This document shows positions 1-9,159 of a stretch of 64,000 bases of DNA, one piece after another. Source of the stretch: Nitrososphaerota archaeon. GTDB lineage: Archaea; Thermoproteota; Nitrososphaeria_A; Caldarchaeales; Calditenuaceae. The notes under the pieces were generated by a model. It was not told the origin of the DNA, ran no database searches, and was given only the letters and a program-made list of their open reading frames with translations. The stretch is taken from the NCBI GenBank assembly GCA_038845265.1, contig JAWBQR010000001.1:104081-168080 (forward strand), written 5' to 3'. Position 1 is the stretch's first letter; each line of letters opens with the position of its first letter. The position numbers and the translations under genes are program-made.

Positions 1-372
1 TCCGATGATTGAGCCTATTAGAAAGCCGCCGCCACTCAGAAAACCTATTATGGAGAAGATTAGTATGATTATTCCCCACAATTGAGTATCTTTTGGATTT
101 ACACGAATCATTAGGCCGCCCAGAATGAGGAGAGCCCCTGCCACTATTCCTAGGATAGAAACAAATGCCATCATGCCTGTAAAGGGCCATGCCATCATTG
201 GTCCTCCCCATCTCCACATCATACCACACATTGGGCAGCCCCATGTCGGAAACCAAGCGATCGATGGTGCTAATAGTGATAATATCATATAAATGACACT
301 GTTGAGTAGGATCAATGATCCGCCAGTGATTGTGAGAGCAACGACTGCCGATAAGCTTCTATCATTACTCAT
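1..372 (-). CDS. Membrane protein with Cys/Met/Trp-rich loop (3' end runs off the window)
   Basis: Not in ORF track. ATG at 372-370 opens MSNDRSLSAVVALTITGGSLILLNSVIYMIL...WGCPMCGMMWRWGGPMMAWPFTGMM...GGGFLIGSIIG. Several hydrophobic helices; overlaps the upstream gene's stop. Confidence 0.8.
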   Translation of the reverse strand, partial: MSNDRSLSAVVALTITGGSLILLNSVIYMILSLLAPSIAWFPTWGCPMCGMMWRWGGPMMAWPFTGMMAFVSILGIVAGALLILGGLMIRVNPKDTQLWGIIILIFSIIGFLSGGGFLIGSIIG

Positions 373-1057
373 TTTCCTCTACCTCGATTTCCTGAATGAA
401 CTCTCCATGCCAAGAGTGGTACCAGACGTCGCCTGAGAATGCATTTACGCTGAGCATACCGTGAATCCTGTTATTAATAGTGTAGTCTATAGTGTAATAA
501 CCATAGAATTTTATCGGCTCTTCTAATCCAATGCTTCCTTGAAACCTCTGTGTTAAGTATCTTAACGCTATTTGCTTGGCTTCATCCTCGTCTATTATCA
601 TTTCATCAGGAGTAGGATAATACCGATACATCATTCTGAAGTGCATTCCATATTTAGTGTTCCACATCATGTTAGGCCCCGGCTCCGGCATTATTGCTCC
701 AGTATAGGGATCAACAAGTAACTCGAAAGCACCAACACTAGTATCTTTCTCTATTATAACAGCATAGAAATTATTACTGAACTCCATAATCTCTAATACT
801 GCATAGTTATTCCCAAGTGATTCAACATAAGACTCTAGACGTTTCGTAACTTCTGTTATGTCGAGTCTATTAGCCGTAATGGTTGTGGACCACCTACCTC
901 TATTCATGGGACAAGCATACCAAGATGCTCCTGCAGCAGAGCCCGAGTATTGATAGTTATTTCCACTCCACCCATAGGCGATGATGGCAAGATATACCGT
1001 CGATACACCTACTATGACAAGAATGGTAATTATCGATAGTATGGTTAACTTATTCAA
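365..1057 (-). CDS. Membrane-anchored/secreted PepSY-like domain protein
   Basis: N-terminal hydrophobic anchor, two PepSY-like repeats (ELLVDPYTG, LSVNAFSGDVWYH), motif PEPGPNMMWNTKYGMH. Confidence 0.7.
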   Translation of the reverse strand: MNKLTILSIITILVIVGVSTVYLAIIAYGWSGNNYQYSGSAAGASWYACPMNRGRWSTTITANRLDITEVTKRLESYVESLGNNYAVLEIMEFSNNFYAVIIEKDTSVGAFELLVDPYTGAIMPEPGPNMMWNTKYGMHFRMMYRYYPTPDEMIIDEDEAKQIALRYLTQRFQGSIGLEEPIKFYGYYTIDYTINNRIHGMLSVNAFSGDVWYHSWHGEFIQEIEVEENE

Positions 1058-1104
1058 TTTTACTTCCCTAACTATCTAAACCGCACTCTTAATAATAAAG
1101 TACG

Positions 1105-1138
1105 TGTATTTTATGTAGCATCTTGTAGTTTATTGTAG
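1105..1138 (-). promoter_or_regulatory. Phased direct repeats (CTACA on minus strand), putative operator upstream of a TATA-like element
   Basis: TGTAG at 1114, 1124 and 1134 (exact 10-bp period) plus TGTA at 1105. A TATA-like TTTATTATTAAG lies on the minus strand at about 1088-1099. Confidence 0.5.
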
Positions 1139-1690
1139 CTAAACTTTTTCTTTGATGATCTCTATTGTTACCGCATTTTCTGCTATATGGAAGAATGGAT
1201 GAATATTTATTCTATTGAAGATGGATTGTACATAATGAGCTATTAAAAGTGACCCCTTAAGGCCAAATTGATGCACAAGCGATATTGTTAATTTTTCATG
1301 TGTATCAACCTCATTATACTCAAATAGATTTCCATATCTTGACAAGTCACGTAGATGACTAATAATATTGTCGAGAGTTAGTGCCCCATACTTTACTAAT
1401 ATTATTGATTCGGCTATGTTCTCCCCTGAAATTTGTCCAACTTTTATAATCATACTCTCATGAATTGCTTCCAATAAATATCTAAGTAGCTGCCCCGGTA
1501 TCTTTATAGTGTGCATCGTCTTTGAGTACCTCTCAAAGTTTACATATGAATCAATGAGATGATTCATCAGTGTATTAACACTTATACGCTGCTTTTCAGC
1601 ATCCTCTTGAATTACCCTAAAGGCCTGTTCAGAAAATCTAAAAGACCTAGTTATTGTCTCATCTGTAGCTGGCAAGACGAGTCTTTTCAA
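1139..1690 (-). CDS. Putative transcriptional regulator (N-terminal ribbon-helix-helix-like region plus C-terminal sensor-like domain)
   Basis: TITRSFRFSEQAFRVIQEDAEKQRISVNTLMNHLI fits a beta-strand plus two helices; resembles a family common in Nitrososphaeria. Confidence 0.6.
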   Translation of the reverse strand: MKRLVLPATDETITRSFRFSEQAFRVIQEDAEKQRISVNTLMNHLIDSYVNFERYSKTMHTIKIPGQLLRYLLEAIHESMIIKVGQISGENIAESIILVKYGALTLDNIISHLRDLSRYGNLFEYNEVDTHEKLTISLVHQFGLKGSLLIAHYVQSIFNRINIHPFFHIAENAVTIEIIKEKV

Positions 1691-1833
1691 TATATAATCA
1701 TAGTTGTTTTTATTCTTTTAAAGAAACTCTAGTTATGACCCTACAATTAAATGGTGTCTGGATGTTGAGAGCGAATATTTAATTAGTGTTTATAAAGTAG
1801 CTGGGATTGAAGTTATATTTTGGGTGAGTAAGT

Positions 1834-3504
1834 CTCGGCAAGTGGCTAGTATGCGCGGCCTGGCCATACATAAACAATTTGCCTCACCTAGGCACACTTA
1901 TAGGTTCCGTCCTCTCTGCTGATGTCTTCGCACGATACCTGAGACTTAGGGGTGAAGAAGTCTTATTCGTTAGTGGCTCAGATGAGCACGGCACACCCAT
2001 CGAAATTGAAGCAATAAAGAGGAGAGTCCATCCAAAGACACTTACAGACGAAGTACACTCGTTGGTCACAGACTTATTCAAGAGATTTTCAATATCATTT
2101 GATAATTATACTCGTACTCATAACGATATTCATATCAATTTTTGTAGGGAGTTATTTTTACGAATCTATGAGAAAGGTTTTATCTATGCGAGAGATGTGG
2201 ATCAGCTCTTCTGCGAGACTTGCAAAAGATTTCTGCCAGACAGGTTTGTAATTGGCACTTGCCCTAAGTGTGGATACCCATCGGCTAGGGGAGACCAGTG
2301 CGAGAATTGCGGAATTGTACTTGAGCCTCTTGAACTAGTGGACTATAGGTGTAGTATTTGTGGCTCGATTCCGGTGATAAAGAAAACGAAGCATTGGTAC
2401 TTTGACCTTCCTCGTTTCTCAGAGAAGTTGCGGACGATGATTTTAAATAATGATAGGCTGCCAGAAAATGCGAAGAATTTCTCTCTTAGCTGGATTAATG
2501 AAGGGTTAAGGCCGAGGGCGGTAACTAGGGATAATCAATGGGGCATACCTGCCCCATTTCCAGGAGCTGAGGGGAAGACGATTTATGTCTGGTTTGAGGC
2601 CGTCATAGGCTATGTCACAGCAACAATTGAATGGTCATTAATGCGCGGCAATCAAGAATTATGGAAAAAATACTGGTTAGACCCTGAGACGAAGAGTGTA
2701 TACTTTATCGGTAAAGACAATATACCGTTTCACACAATCATTCTGCCTGCTCTCCTCATGGCTTATGATGAGAGATTCGTCCTTCCCTGGAATGTATCGT
2801 CCACTGAATACCTAATGTTTGAAGGACAGAAGTTCTCCAAAAGTCGAGGCGTAGGTATATGGCTTGACCAAGCCCTTAGCTACTTCCCCGCTGACTATTG
2901 GCGATATTACCTTATCAAGATAAGGCCTGAAAAGAGCGATACAAACTTTAGCTGGGACGATTTTCAAAAGACAATCAACAATGACCTTAATGATAATATT
3001 GGTAACTTCGTACATAGGGTCTTAACCTTCATCTATAACCACTATGGTGGTGAGATTCCTAAACCTCACGCCTTCGATGAATCCGACAATGACCTGTTAT
3101 CACACATTAAAGCCACACCTATAGAGTCTGGCAGATACCTAGACGAACTAAAGATGAGGCAGGCACTTGAAGTGATAACTGAGCTGTCTAGCCAAGGAAA
3201 TGTATACCTGACCAGGAAGGAGCCCTGGCACTCAATAAAAAAAGAGCCCGAGAAAGCGGAGACAACATTATATGTCGCGTCTCAAGTGGTTAAAAGTCTC
3301 TCGATTCTTCTAGAACCCTTCATTCCTGAATCAGCTGCAAAGATAAGGGATATGCTTGACTTGAAAATTCAGGAACGAGACGCGTGGTTCAGTGCTGGTG
3401 AAACACCTCTTAGGCCCGGACATAAGATAAATAGGCCTAAACCCTTATTTGAAAAGATACCAGACAGTAAAATCGCGGAATTAAAAAACAAAACTAAAGG
3501 TTAA
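1834..3504 (+). CDS. metG: Methionyl-tRNA synthetase (start position uncertain)
   Basis: HIGH-like PHLG, GSDEHG, Zn-knuckle CxxC pairs, KFSKS. Conserved KWLVCAAWPYIN lies in frame upstream of the ORF-track start at 1879. Confidence 0.95.
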   Translation, partial: LGKWLVCAAWPYINNLPHLGTLIGSVLSADVFARYLRLRGEEVLFVSGSDEHGTPIEIEAIKRRVHPKTLTDEVHSLVTDLFKRFSISFDNYTRTHNDIHINFCRELFLRIYEKGFIYARDVDQLFCETCKRFLPDRFVIGTCPKCGYPSARGDQCENCGIVLEPLELVDYRCSICGSIPVIKKTKHWYFDLPRFSEKLRTMILNNDRLPENAKNFSLSWINEGLRPRAVTRDNQWGIPAPFPGAEGKTIYVWFEAVIGYVTATIEWSLMRGNQELWKKYWLDPETKSVYFIGKDNIPFHTIILPALLMAYDERFVLPWNVSSTEYLMFEGQKFSKSRGVGIWLDQALSYFPADYWRYYLIKIRPEKSDTNFSWDDFQKTINNDLNDNIGNFVHRVLTFIYNHYGGEIPKPHAFDESDNDLLSHIKATPIESGRYLDELKMRQALEVITELSSQGNVYLTRKEPWHSIKKEPEKAETTLYVASQVVKSLSILLEPFIPESAAKIRDMLDLKIQERDAWFSAGETPLRPGHKINRPKPLFEKIPDSKIAELKNKTKG

Positions 3505-3551
3505 CATTTCAGTAAATAATTAATTGTTTAAGGATGAGTATTGCCCCTTTT

Positions 3552-4685
3552 TCAGCTTCTGAGCCTTTTTATGCCTAGCTCCGCTATCAGTTTCTCTAGT
3601 TCGTCCTCCTCCCTCTCATGTATCGACTCATCTGGCACTTGATGAGTTTTTGACTCTATTTTGTGTGATTCATCGGCATTCAGGTTTACTACTGGTTCTG
3701 ATTCGCCGATCGAGGTAACTGATACGCTTGATATTCCTGTCAGTATCAGGGCGACCTGCATCGTCGAGGCATAATAGTTATCGATTCTTGCTCCCCAAAC
3801 GACTAGTCCTTCATCACCCATGAGTTCCGATATTATTTCTGGCGGTCTAGAGGCTTCCTTAAGCTTCATGTCTTCCCCTCCAGTTACATGGACGATAGCC
3901 GCGGTTATTCCATCAAAGGTACCCTCAAGCAGTGGCGATTGAAGCGCGTTAAAGGTAGCTTCTTCTGCCCTGTTAGGCGAACTGCTCCTTCCAATTCCAA
4001 GAGATGCTAGCTTTCCCTGACTAACAACTGCTTTAAAGTCTTCAAAGTCAATATTGATCAAACTAGGCTTTACAATAGATTCTGTAATGCTAAGAATCAT
4101 GTTGTTGATTACTTCATCAGCTAGTGAAAAGGCCGTCTTAAGGTTATATTGTGGATACAACTCGAGTAGCCTGTTATTATCGATGACCACTACAGTATTA
4201 GTATACTTTTGTAGTTCTTCAAGGCCTTTTATCGCTATTCTTCGCCTAACATTTCCCTCAAACCTGAAAGGCATCGTGACAACGCCTACAACGATAGCGC
4301 CCAGTTCTTTCGCAACCTTCGCAACTAGGGGAGCTGCACCTGTCCCTGTGCCTCCACCAAGCCCTGCCGCTATGAATACTAAGTCAGAGTCTTGTAATGC
4401 TCCGCGAATTTCTTCAATTGATTCCTCCGCAGCCACTCTTCCAATTTCTGGATTACCACCAGCTCCATGAAACTTGGTTACGGACGGGCCCAAAAGAATT
4501 TTTTGATGGGCCCTTATCGTGTCTAAATGTTGTTTATCAGTATTTGCTGCTATTGTCACTGCGCCATACAGCCCGCCAGTGACGAGCCTATTTACAGTGT
4601 TACATCCAGCGCCTCCTACTCCAATTAGCTTTAGTCTAACCCCATCAACATCATCCGTGTACGTCTGCAGTAAGGGCTCACTCAC
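3552..4685 (-). CDS. ftsZ: Cell division protein FtsZ
   Basis: GVGGAGCN, tubulin signature GGGTGTG, T7 loop INIDFED. Confidence 0.95.
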   Translation of the reverse strand: MSEPLLQTYTDDVDGVRLKLIGVGGAGCNTVNRLVTGGLYGAVTIAANTDKQHLDTIRAHQKILLGPSVTKFHGAGGNPEIGRVAAEESIEEIRGALQDSDLVFIAAGLGGGTGTGAAPLVAKVAKELGAIVVGVVTMPFRFEGNVRRRIAIKGLEELQKYTNTVVVIDNNRLLELYPQYNLKTAFSLADEVINNMILSITESIVKPSLINIDFEDFKAVVSQGKLASLGIGRSSSPNRAEEATFNALQSPLLEGTFDGITAAIVHVTGGEDMKLKEASRPPEIISELMGDEGLVVWGARIDNYYASTMQVALILTGISSVSVTSIGESEPVVNLNADESHKIESKTHQVPDESIHEREEDELEKLIAELGIKRLRS

Positions 4686-4824
4686 TTGTCCTTGCCTCCT
4701 CCTTTATAAAGTCCCTCACAGCCATCCTGATAGCTTCCGCACGATTTGGATAAAGACGCCTTCTAACAAGTTCGTCTATAGCTTCTAAGTATGCTTCAGG
4801 TAAGTGAACCGTCACTACTCTCAT
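4678..4824 (-). CDS. cdrS: Ribbon-helix-helix regulator, CdrS-like, coupled to ftsZ
   Basis: [39 protein letters not shown]; GGGTGA SD 5 nt before ATG 4824; overlaps the ftsZ start. Confidence 0.8.
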   Translation of the reverse strand: MRVVTVHLPEAYLEAIDELVRRRLYPNRAEAIRMAVRDFIKEEARTSE

Positions 4825-4952
4825 TCTAATCACCCTGAGGGTAGCTAGAATGTGAATTAGGGAAAAAGATTGGTAATACATCGATTAACGCATAATATGA
4901 CGCTCCACGCTAAGACCGCGTATTCTGTTGCATTTTATGATAATTCTATATA

Positions 4953-5369
4953 TTGGAATCGAGATATTCTATCCTAAAAATGCGCAACGAGGAGGAAGAC
5001 GAGATACGTGAAGTGATCGAGCTCATAAATAGCAGTATTGATAATAATACATTGATTCTAGTTGAAGGCGTGACGGACCTCAGGGCTCTACAAGAAGCAG
5101 GCATCAACGCTAAGATCTTTACACTTTTTGACTTTTACAAGTGGATGGACTCGGAACAACATGGCAAGGCTTTTAGAGTCATTGCCATGCTAGACCTAGA
5201 TAGGGAAGGAGAATCAACGTTAAGAAAATTGAAGAATAAATACTCAAACATTGTCAATTTTGATGAGCTCCCAAGAAAGAAATTAAGGATGACGAACAGG
5301 TATAAGAAGGGGTTAAGAACAATTTATCAATTGTTTAATGTGTCAAATAAAGGGAATGAATATGTCTGA
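4953..5369 (+). CDS. Small Toprim-domain protein
   Basis: ILVEGVTD and DLDREG (DxD) Toprim motifs. Confidence 0.8.
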   Translation: MESRYSILKMRNEEEDEIREVIELINSSIDNNTLILVEGVTDLRALQEAGINAKIFTLFDFYKWMDSEQHGKAFRVIAMLDLDREGESTLRKLKNKYSNIVNFDELPRKKLRMTNRYKKGLRTIYQLFNVSNKGNEYV

Positions 5370-7698
5370 GATAGAATTGATGCCAAAAATTGGTGAAAAA
5401 GTCTGGAACCCATCGATTGAGATTTTAATCATGAATGAGTGGGAGAAATCGAAAATTTACCATTTTAATAAGAAAACTAGAAAGAAAATATTCGTTATAG
5501 ACACTCCTCCACCATACCCCTCAGGTAGGCCGTGGCATATAGGAGCAGCCGCGCAGTACGCCCAGATTGATATGATTGCAAGAACTGCCCGAATGATGGG
5601 CTACGAAGTGAGATTCCCAATAGGGATCGATAGGAATGGAATACCAGTAGAAAAATATGTTGAACGCGAGCTAGGCGTAAGATTAACCGATGTCCCTCGG
5701 GAAGAGTTCTTGAGGTTATGCTCAGAAGCGTTGGATAAACTTGAGGACGAGATGATAAATATAATGAGGAGAATGGGTCTCTCCGGAGAACTCACTAATC
5801 ATTATCGGACTGATTCAGAGGAGTACAGAGCCATTACCCAAGCTACCTTCATAGAGCTTTTCAAAAAAGGATTGATATACACTTCATCTAGGCCGAACAA
5901 TTATTGCTGGGAGTGCGGCACAACTGTTGCGGACGCCGAGGTGGATTATAGAGAAACAACTACACAGTTAATCTACATGAGGTTCACAGTAAAAGAAACA
6001 AATGAAAAAATAATAGTTGCTTCAACACGTCCGGAACTTTTATGTGCATGCAGGGCAGTCATATATAATCCAGAAGATAGTCGATATCTCAATTTATCAG
6101 GAAAGACGGCAATAGTGCCTCTTTACGGCCATGAGGTCCCCATATTTCCTCACAAGGCAGCTAGACCTGAATTCGGAAGCGGCCTTGTAATGGTGTGTAG
6201 TTATGGTGACCAGACAGACGTACAGCTCTTCAGAGAGCTTGGCTTAAGGGAGGTTATAGCGATAGATACAAGCGGCAAGATGACTGAGGCGGCTGGACCA
6301 CTCAAGGGACTGCCAGTAAAAGAAGCTAGGTTGAAAATAGTCGATCTTCTACAGGCATCCGGAGACATAGAAAAGATTGAAAGTATAACTCATAGCGAAC
6401 CAATCTGCGAAAGATCAGGAACCCCGATTGAGATAATCCCCATGAACGAGTACTATCTCAGGCAGCTTGAATTCAAAGAAGAATTATTAAGAATTATTGA
6501 AAAAATGAAATTTCATCCACCATTTCATCGCCAATTGCTGATTGATTGGATTAAGTCCTTGACTATTGACTGGCCCATCTCAAGGCGGCGGTATTATGCT
6601 ACAGAAATTCCAATCTGGTATTGTAGAGTATGTGGGGAGCCCCATACACCGGAGCCAGACAGATATTATAGACCTTGGGTCGAGAATGCACCATTTGAGA
6701 AATGTCTGAAATGTGGTTCGAGTGAATTCATTGGAGAGGAGAGAACGTTCGATACGTGGATGGATTCTAGCATCACGCCACTATTTGTAAGTGGCTATAG
6801 AAGAGATATGGACTTATTCAGGAGAGCATACCCAACAGGGATAAGACCGCAGGGAAAAGATATCGTTAGGACTTGGCTATATTACACGATACTTAGGTGC
6901 TACCAGCTTACCGGAAAACCACCATTCAAACACGTATGGATCGGTGGATTAGGATTGGATGAAAAAGGAGAAAAGATGAGTAAGAGTAGAGGAAACGTTA
7001 TTGATCCAGGCCCAATACTTGAGAAATATGGTGCAGACGTTTTTAGGTACTGGTCAGCTCAAGAGGCAAGCCTAGGCTATGACTTTAGAATCTCCGAACA
7101 GAGAATTGCATCAGCTGGAAGATTCTTAACCAAGCTCTGGAATATAGCTAGGTTCGTATCTCAGTTTCCATATCCACGAAGAGCAAAATTGTCGCCAACT
7201 GATAGGTGGATACTGGCAGAGCTCAATAAGCTAGTTAATGAATGCATCGATGGATATAATTCATTTAACTTCTTCATCCCTGCGACTCGTATAAGAGACT
7301 TTCTCTGGAATACATTTGCTGATCATTACATAGAGATGGTTAAAGGCAGAGCATTGATGCGTGGAGAAAAAAAATCGTCTGCGAGGGCTGCTTGGTATAC
7401 TTTACATACCTGCTTAAAGACGTGCCTAATACTGCTGGCACCTATAGCTCCCTTCATCACTGAGTATATATGGAGGACACTTTATTCAAAGAAGAGCATA
7501 CACCTGCAGAGGTTGCCAACTAAACGAAGGGTCAGCAAGTTGATAGTTTATACCGATAAGATTAAGGAATTCAACAGTAATGTATGGAGAATTAAAAAAC
7601 TTCAAAACCTCTCACTTAGAGACCCAATAAAAATCGAGATACCTAAAGAGCTAAAGCCATTTGAAGATGATCTAAGAAGGATGCACAACATTACCTAA
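5362..7698 (+). CDS. valS: Valyl-tRNA synthetase (archaeal type)
   Basis: DTPPPYPSG, HIGA, DWPISRRR, DTWMDSS, KMSKS. Confidence 0.95.
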   Translation: MSEIELMPKIGEKVWNPSIEILIMNEWEKSKIYHFNKKTRKKIFVIDTPPPYPSGRPWHIGAAAQYAQIDMIARTARMMGYEVRFPIGIDRNGIPVEKYVERELGVRLTDVPREEFLRLCSEALDKLEDEMINIMRRMGLSGELTNHYRTDSEEYRAITQATFIELFKKGLIYTSSRPNNYCWECGTTVADAEVDYRETTTQLIYMRFTVKETNEKIIVASTRPELLCACRAVIYNPEDSRYLNLSGKTAIVPLYGHEVPIFPHKAARPEFGSGLVMVCSYGDQTDVQLFRELGLREVIAIDTSGKMTEAAGPLKGLPVKEARLKIVDLLQASGDIEKIESITHSEPICERSGTPIEIIPMNEYYLRQLEFKEELLRIIEKMKFHPPFHRQLLIDWIKSLTIDWPISRRRYYATEIPIWYCRVCGEPHTPEPDRYYRPWVENAPFEKCLKCGSSEFIGEERTFDTWMDSSITPLFVSGYRRDMDLFRRAYPTGIRPQGKDIVRTWLYYTILRCYQLTGKPPFKHVWIGGLGLDEKGEKMSKSRGNVIDPGPILEKYGADVFRYWSAQEASLGYDFRISEQRIASAGRFLTKLWNIARFVSQFPYPRRAKLSPTDRWILAELNKLVNECIDGYNSFNFFIPATRIRDFLWNTFADHYIEMVKGRALMRGEKKSSARAAWYTLHTCLKTCLILLAPIAPFITEYIWRTLYSKKSIHLQRLPTKRRVSKLIVYTDKIKEFNSNVWRIKKLQNLSLRDPIKIEIPKELKPFEDDLRRMHNIT

Positions 7699-7752
7699 CT
7701 ACAGCGTCTAAAGCCAACATTTTTATAGTGTAATCATTAGTTTTTCTCCAGG

Positions 7753-9156
7753 ATGGCCTCATACTTTAGCAAGGTATCAAGCAATGATGTAGAGTACTTG
7801 GAAAAGCTTTGCGGTTCAAACAACGTAAGCATTGCCGAAGAAGATTTAGTGACGAATGCAATTGATGCACAGCTAGGCGGATTCCATAGGCCTGAAGTAG
7901 TTGTATGGCCAGAAAATTCGGAGCAAATCTCAAAGATATTGAAATACGCTGATGAGAAGAAAATCCCCGTCTACCCCAGGGGAGGGGGGACAGGACTTAC
8001 GGGCACGGTCCCGATCTATCGCGGTATTGTCGTCAATATGAAAAAGATGAATAAGATAATTGAAGTCGACGAGGATAACATGCAGACTAGGGTGCAGCCA
8101 GGAATAGTTTACGACAACCTGAACAGAGAGTTGGAGCGCTATGGACTATTTTTCCCTCCTGACCCATCGAGTGGAGCTTCATGCACAGTTGGTGGAATGG
8201 TGGCATCCAATGCCTCTGGGCTGAAGGCCGTGAAATATGGAACGACGAGAGAATACGTCCTAGGATTTGAAGCCGCTTTTCCCAAGAATGGACTCTTGAG
8301 GCTAGGTACAAAGACGTTCAAGTATTCACTAGGTTTTGACATTGTTAAGATGCTTGTGGGATCGCAGGGCACATTAGCTATTTTTACCGAGGTCACCTTA
8401 AGGCTCAGACCTCTGCCCGAAAGCATGGCTACAGTTGCCGCATTCTTTAAATCCATAGCCGAGGCAAATAGGACTATCTATAACATTGTCAGGCGTGGAT
8501 TAGATGTCGCAGCGCTCGAATTCATGGATAAATCGACTATGAATGCCGTTTCTGAGTTTAAGAAAATTAATTTTCCAGACGCCGAGGCAATGCTATTGAT
8601 AGAGACTCATGGATGCGAGAAGACTGTATCAGAAGAATTGGGGAGATGCATCAATATTGTTAAACAGAATGGGGGGTTTGAGATATGGCATGCGACTAGT
8701 AAGGAAGAAAGGGAAAGGCTCTGGGCGGCGCGTAAAGGCGCCTATCCATCTGTTCTGAAGCTCGGACGATACACGTTGATCAGCGACGTCATCATTCCAC
8801 TCTCAAGACTAGTGGAGGCTGTTCAGAAAGCGTATGATATAGGCAATAAGTATGGACTGAAGACATCATGTATAGGGCACTTCGGTGATGGGAACCTTCA
8901 TGTCAACTGGGGAACAGATAAAAGCATCGAGGACCTCCACAGGGCAAACGACGAGCTGAATCGATGGGTAATCTCAATCGGAGGAGCCGTGTCCGGCGAA
9001 CACGGTATAGGGACCGAGAAGAAAGCATACATGAAACTCCAGCACGGCGAATCATATAATATGATGATTAAAATTAAGAGATTATTGGATCCAAACTTTA
9101 TTCTCTCACCTGGGATAATCTTCGAATTAGAGGATCTATTATCATCGAGTGGTTAG
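7753..9156 (+). CDS. FAD-linked oxidase, GlcD/D-lactate dehydrogenase family
   Basis: PRGGGTG, FPPDPSS, GHFGDGNLH, GEHGIG. Confidence 0.9.
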   Translation: MASYFSKVSSNDVEYLEKLCGSNNVSIAEEDLVTNAIDAQLGGFHRPEVVVWPENSEQISKILKYADEKKIPVYPRGGGTGLTGTVPIYRGIVVNMKKMNKIIEVDEDNMQTRVQPGIVYDNLNRELERYGLFFPPDPSSGASCTVGGMVASNASGLKAVKYGTTREYVLGFEAAFPKNGLLRLGTKTFKYSLGFDIVKMLVGSQGTLAIFTEVTLRLRPLPESMATVAAFFKSIAEANRTIYNIVRRGLDVAALEFMDKSTMNAVSEFKKINFPDAEAMLLIETHGCEKTVSEELGRCINIVKQNGGFEIWHATSKEERERLWAARKGAYPSVLKLGRYTLISDVIIPLSRLVEAVQKAYDIGNKYGLKTSCIGHFGDGNLHVNWGTDKSIEDLHRANDELNRWVISIGGAVSGEHGIGTEKKAYMKLQHGESYNMMIKIKRLLDPNFILSPGIIFELEDLLSSSG

Positions 9157-9159
9157 GAG

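Noticed and set aside
1825-1827. In-frame TGA upstream of metG as possible selenocysteine or readthrough from TTG 1807
   Set aside because: The TATA at about 1789-1796 implies transcription starts near 1820, TGA is part of the GGTGA SD, and no Cys-equivalent position or SECIS is evident.
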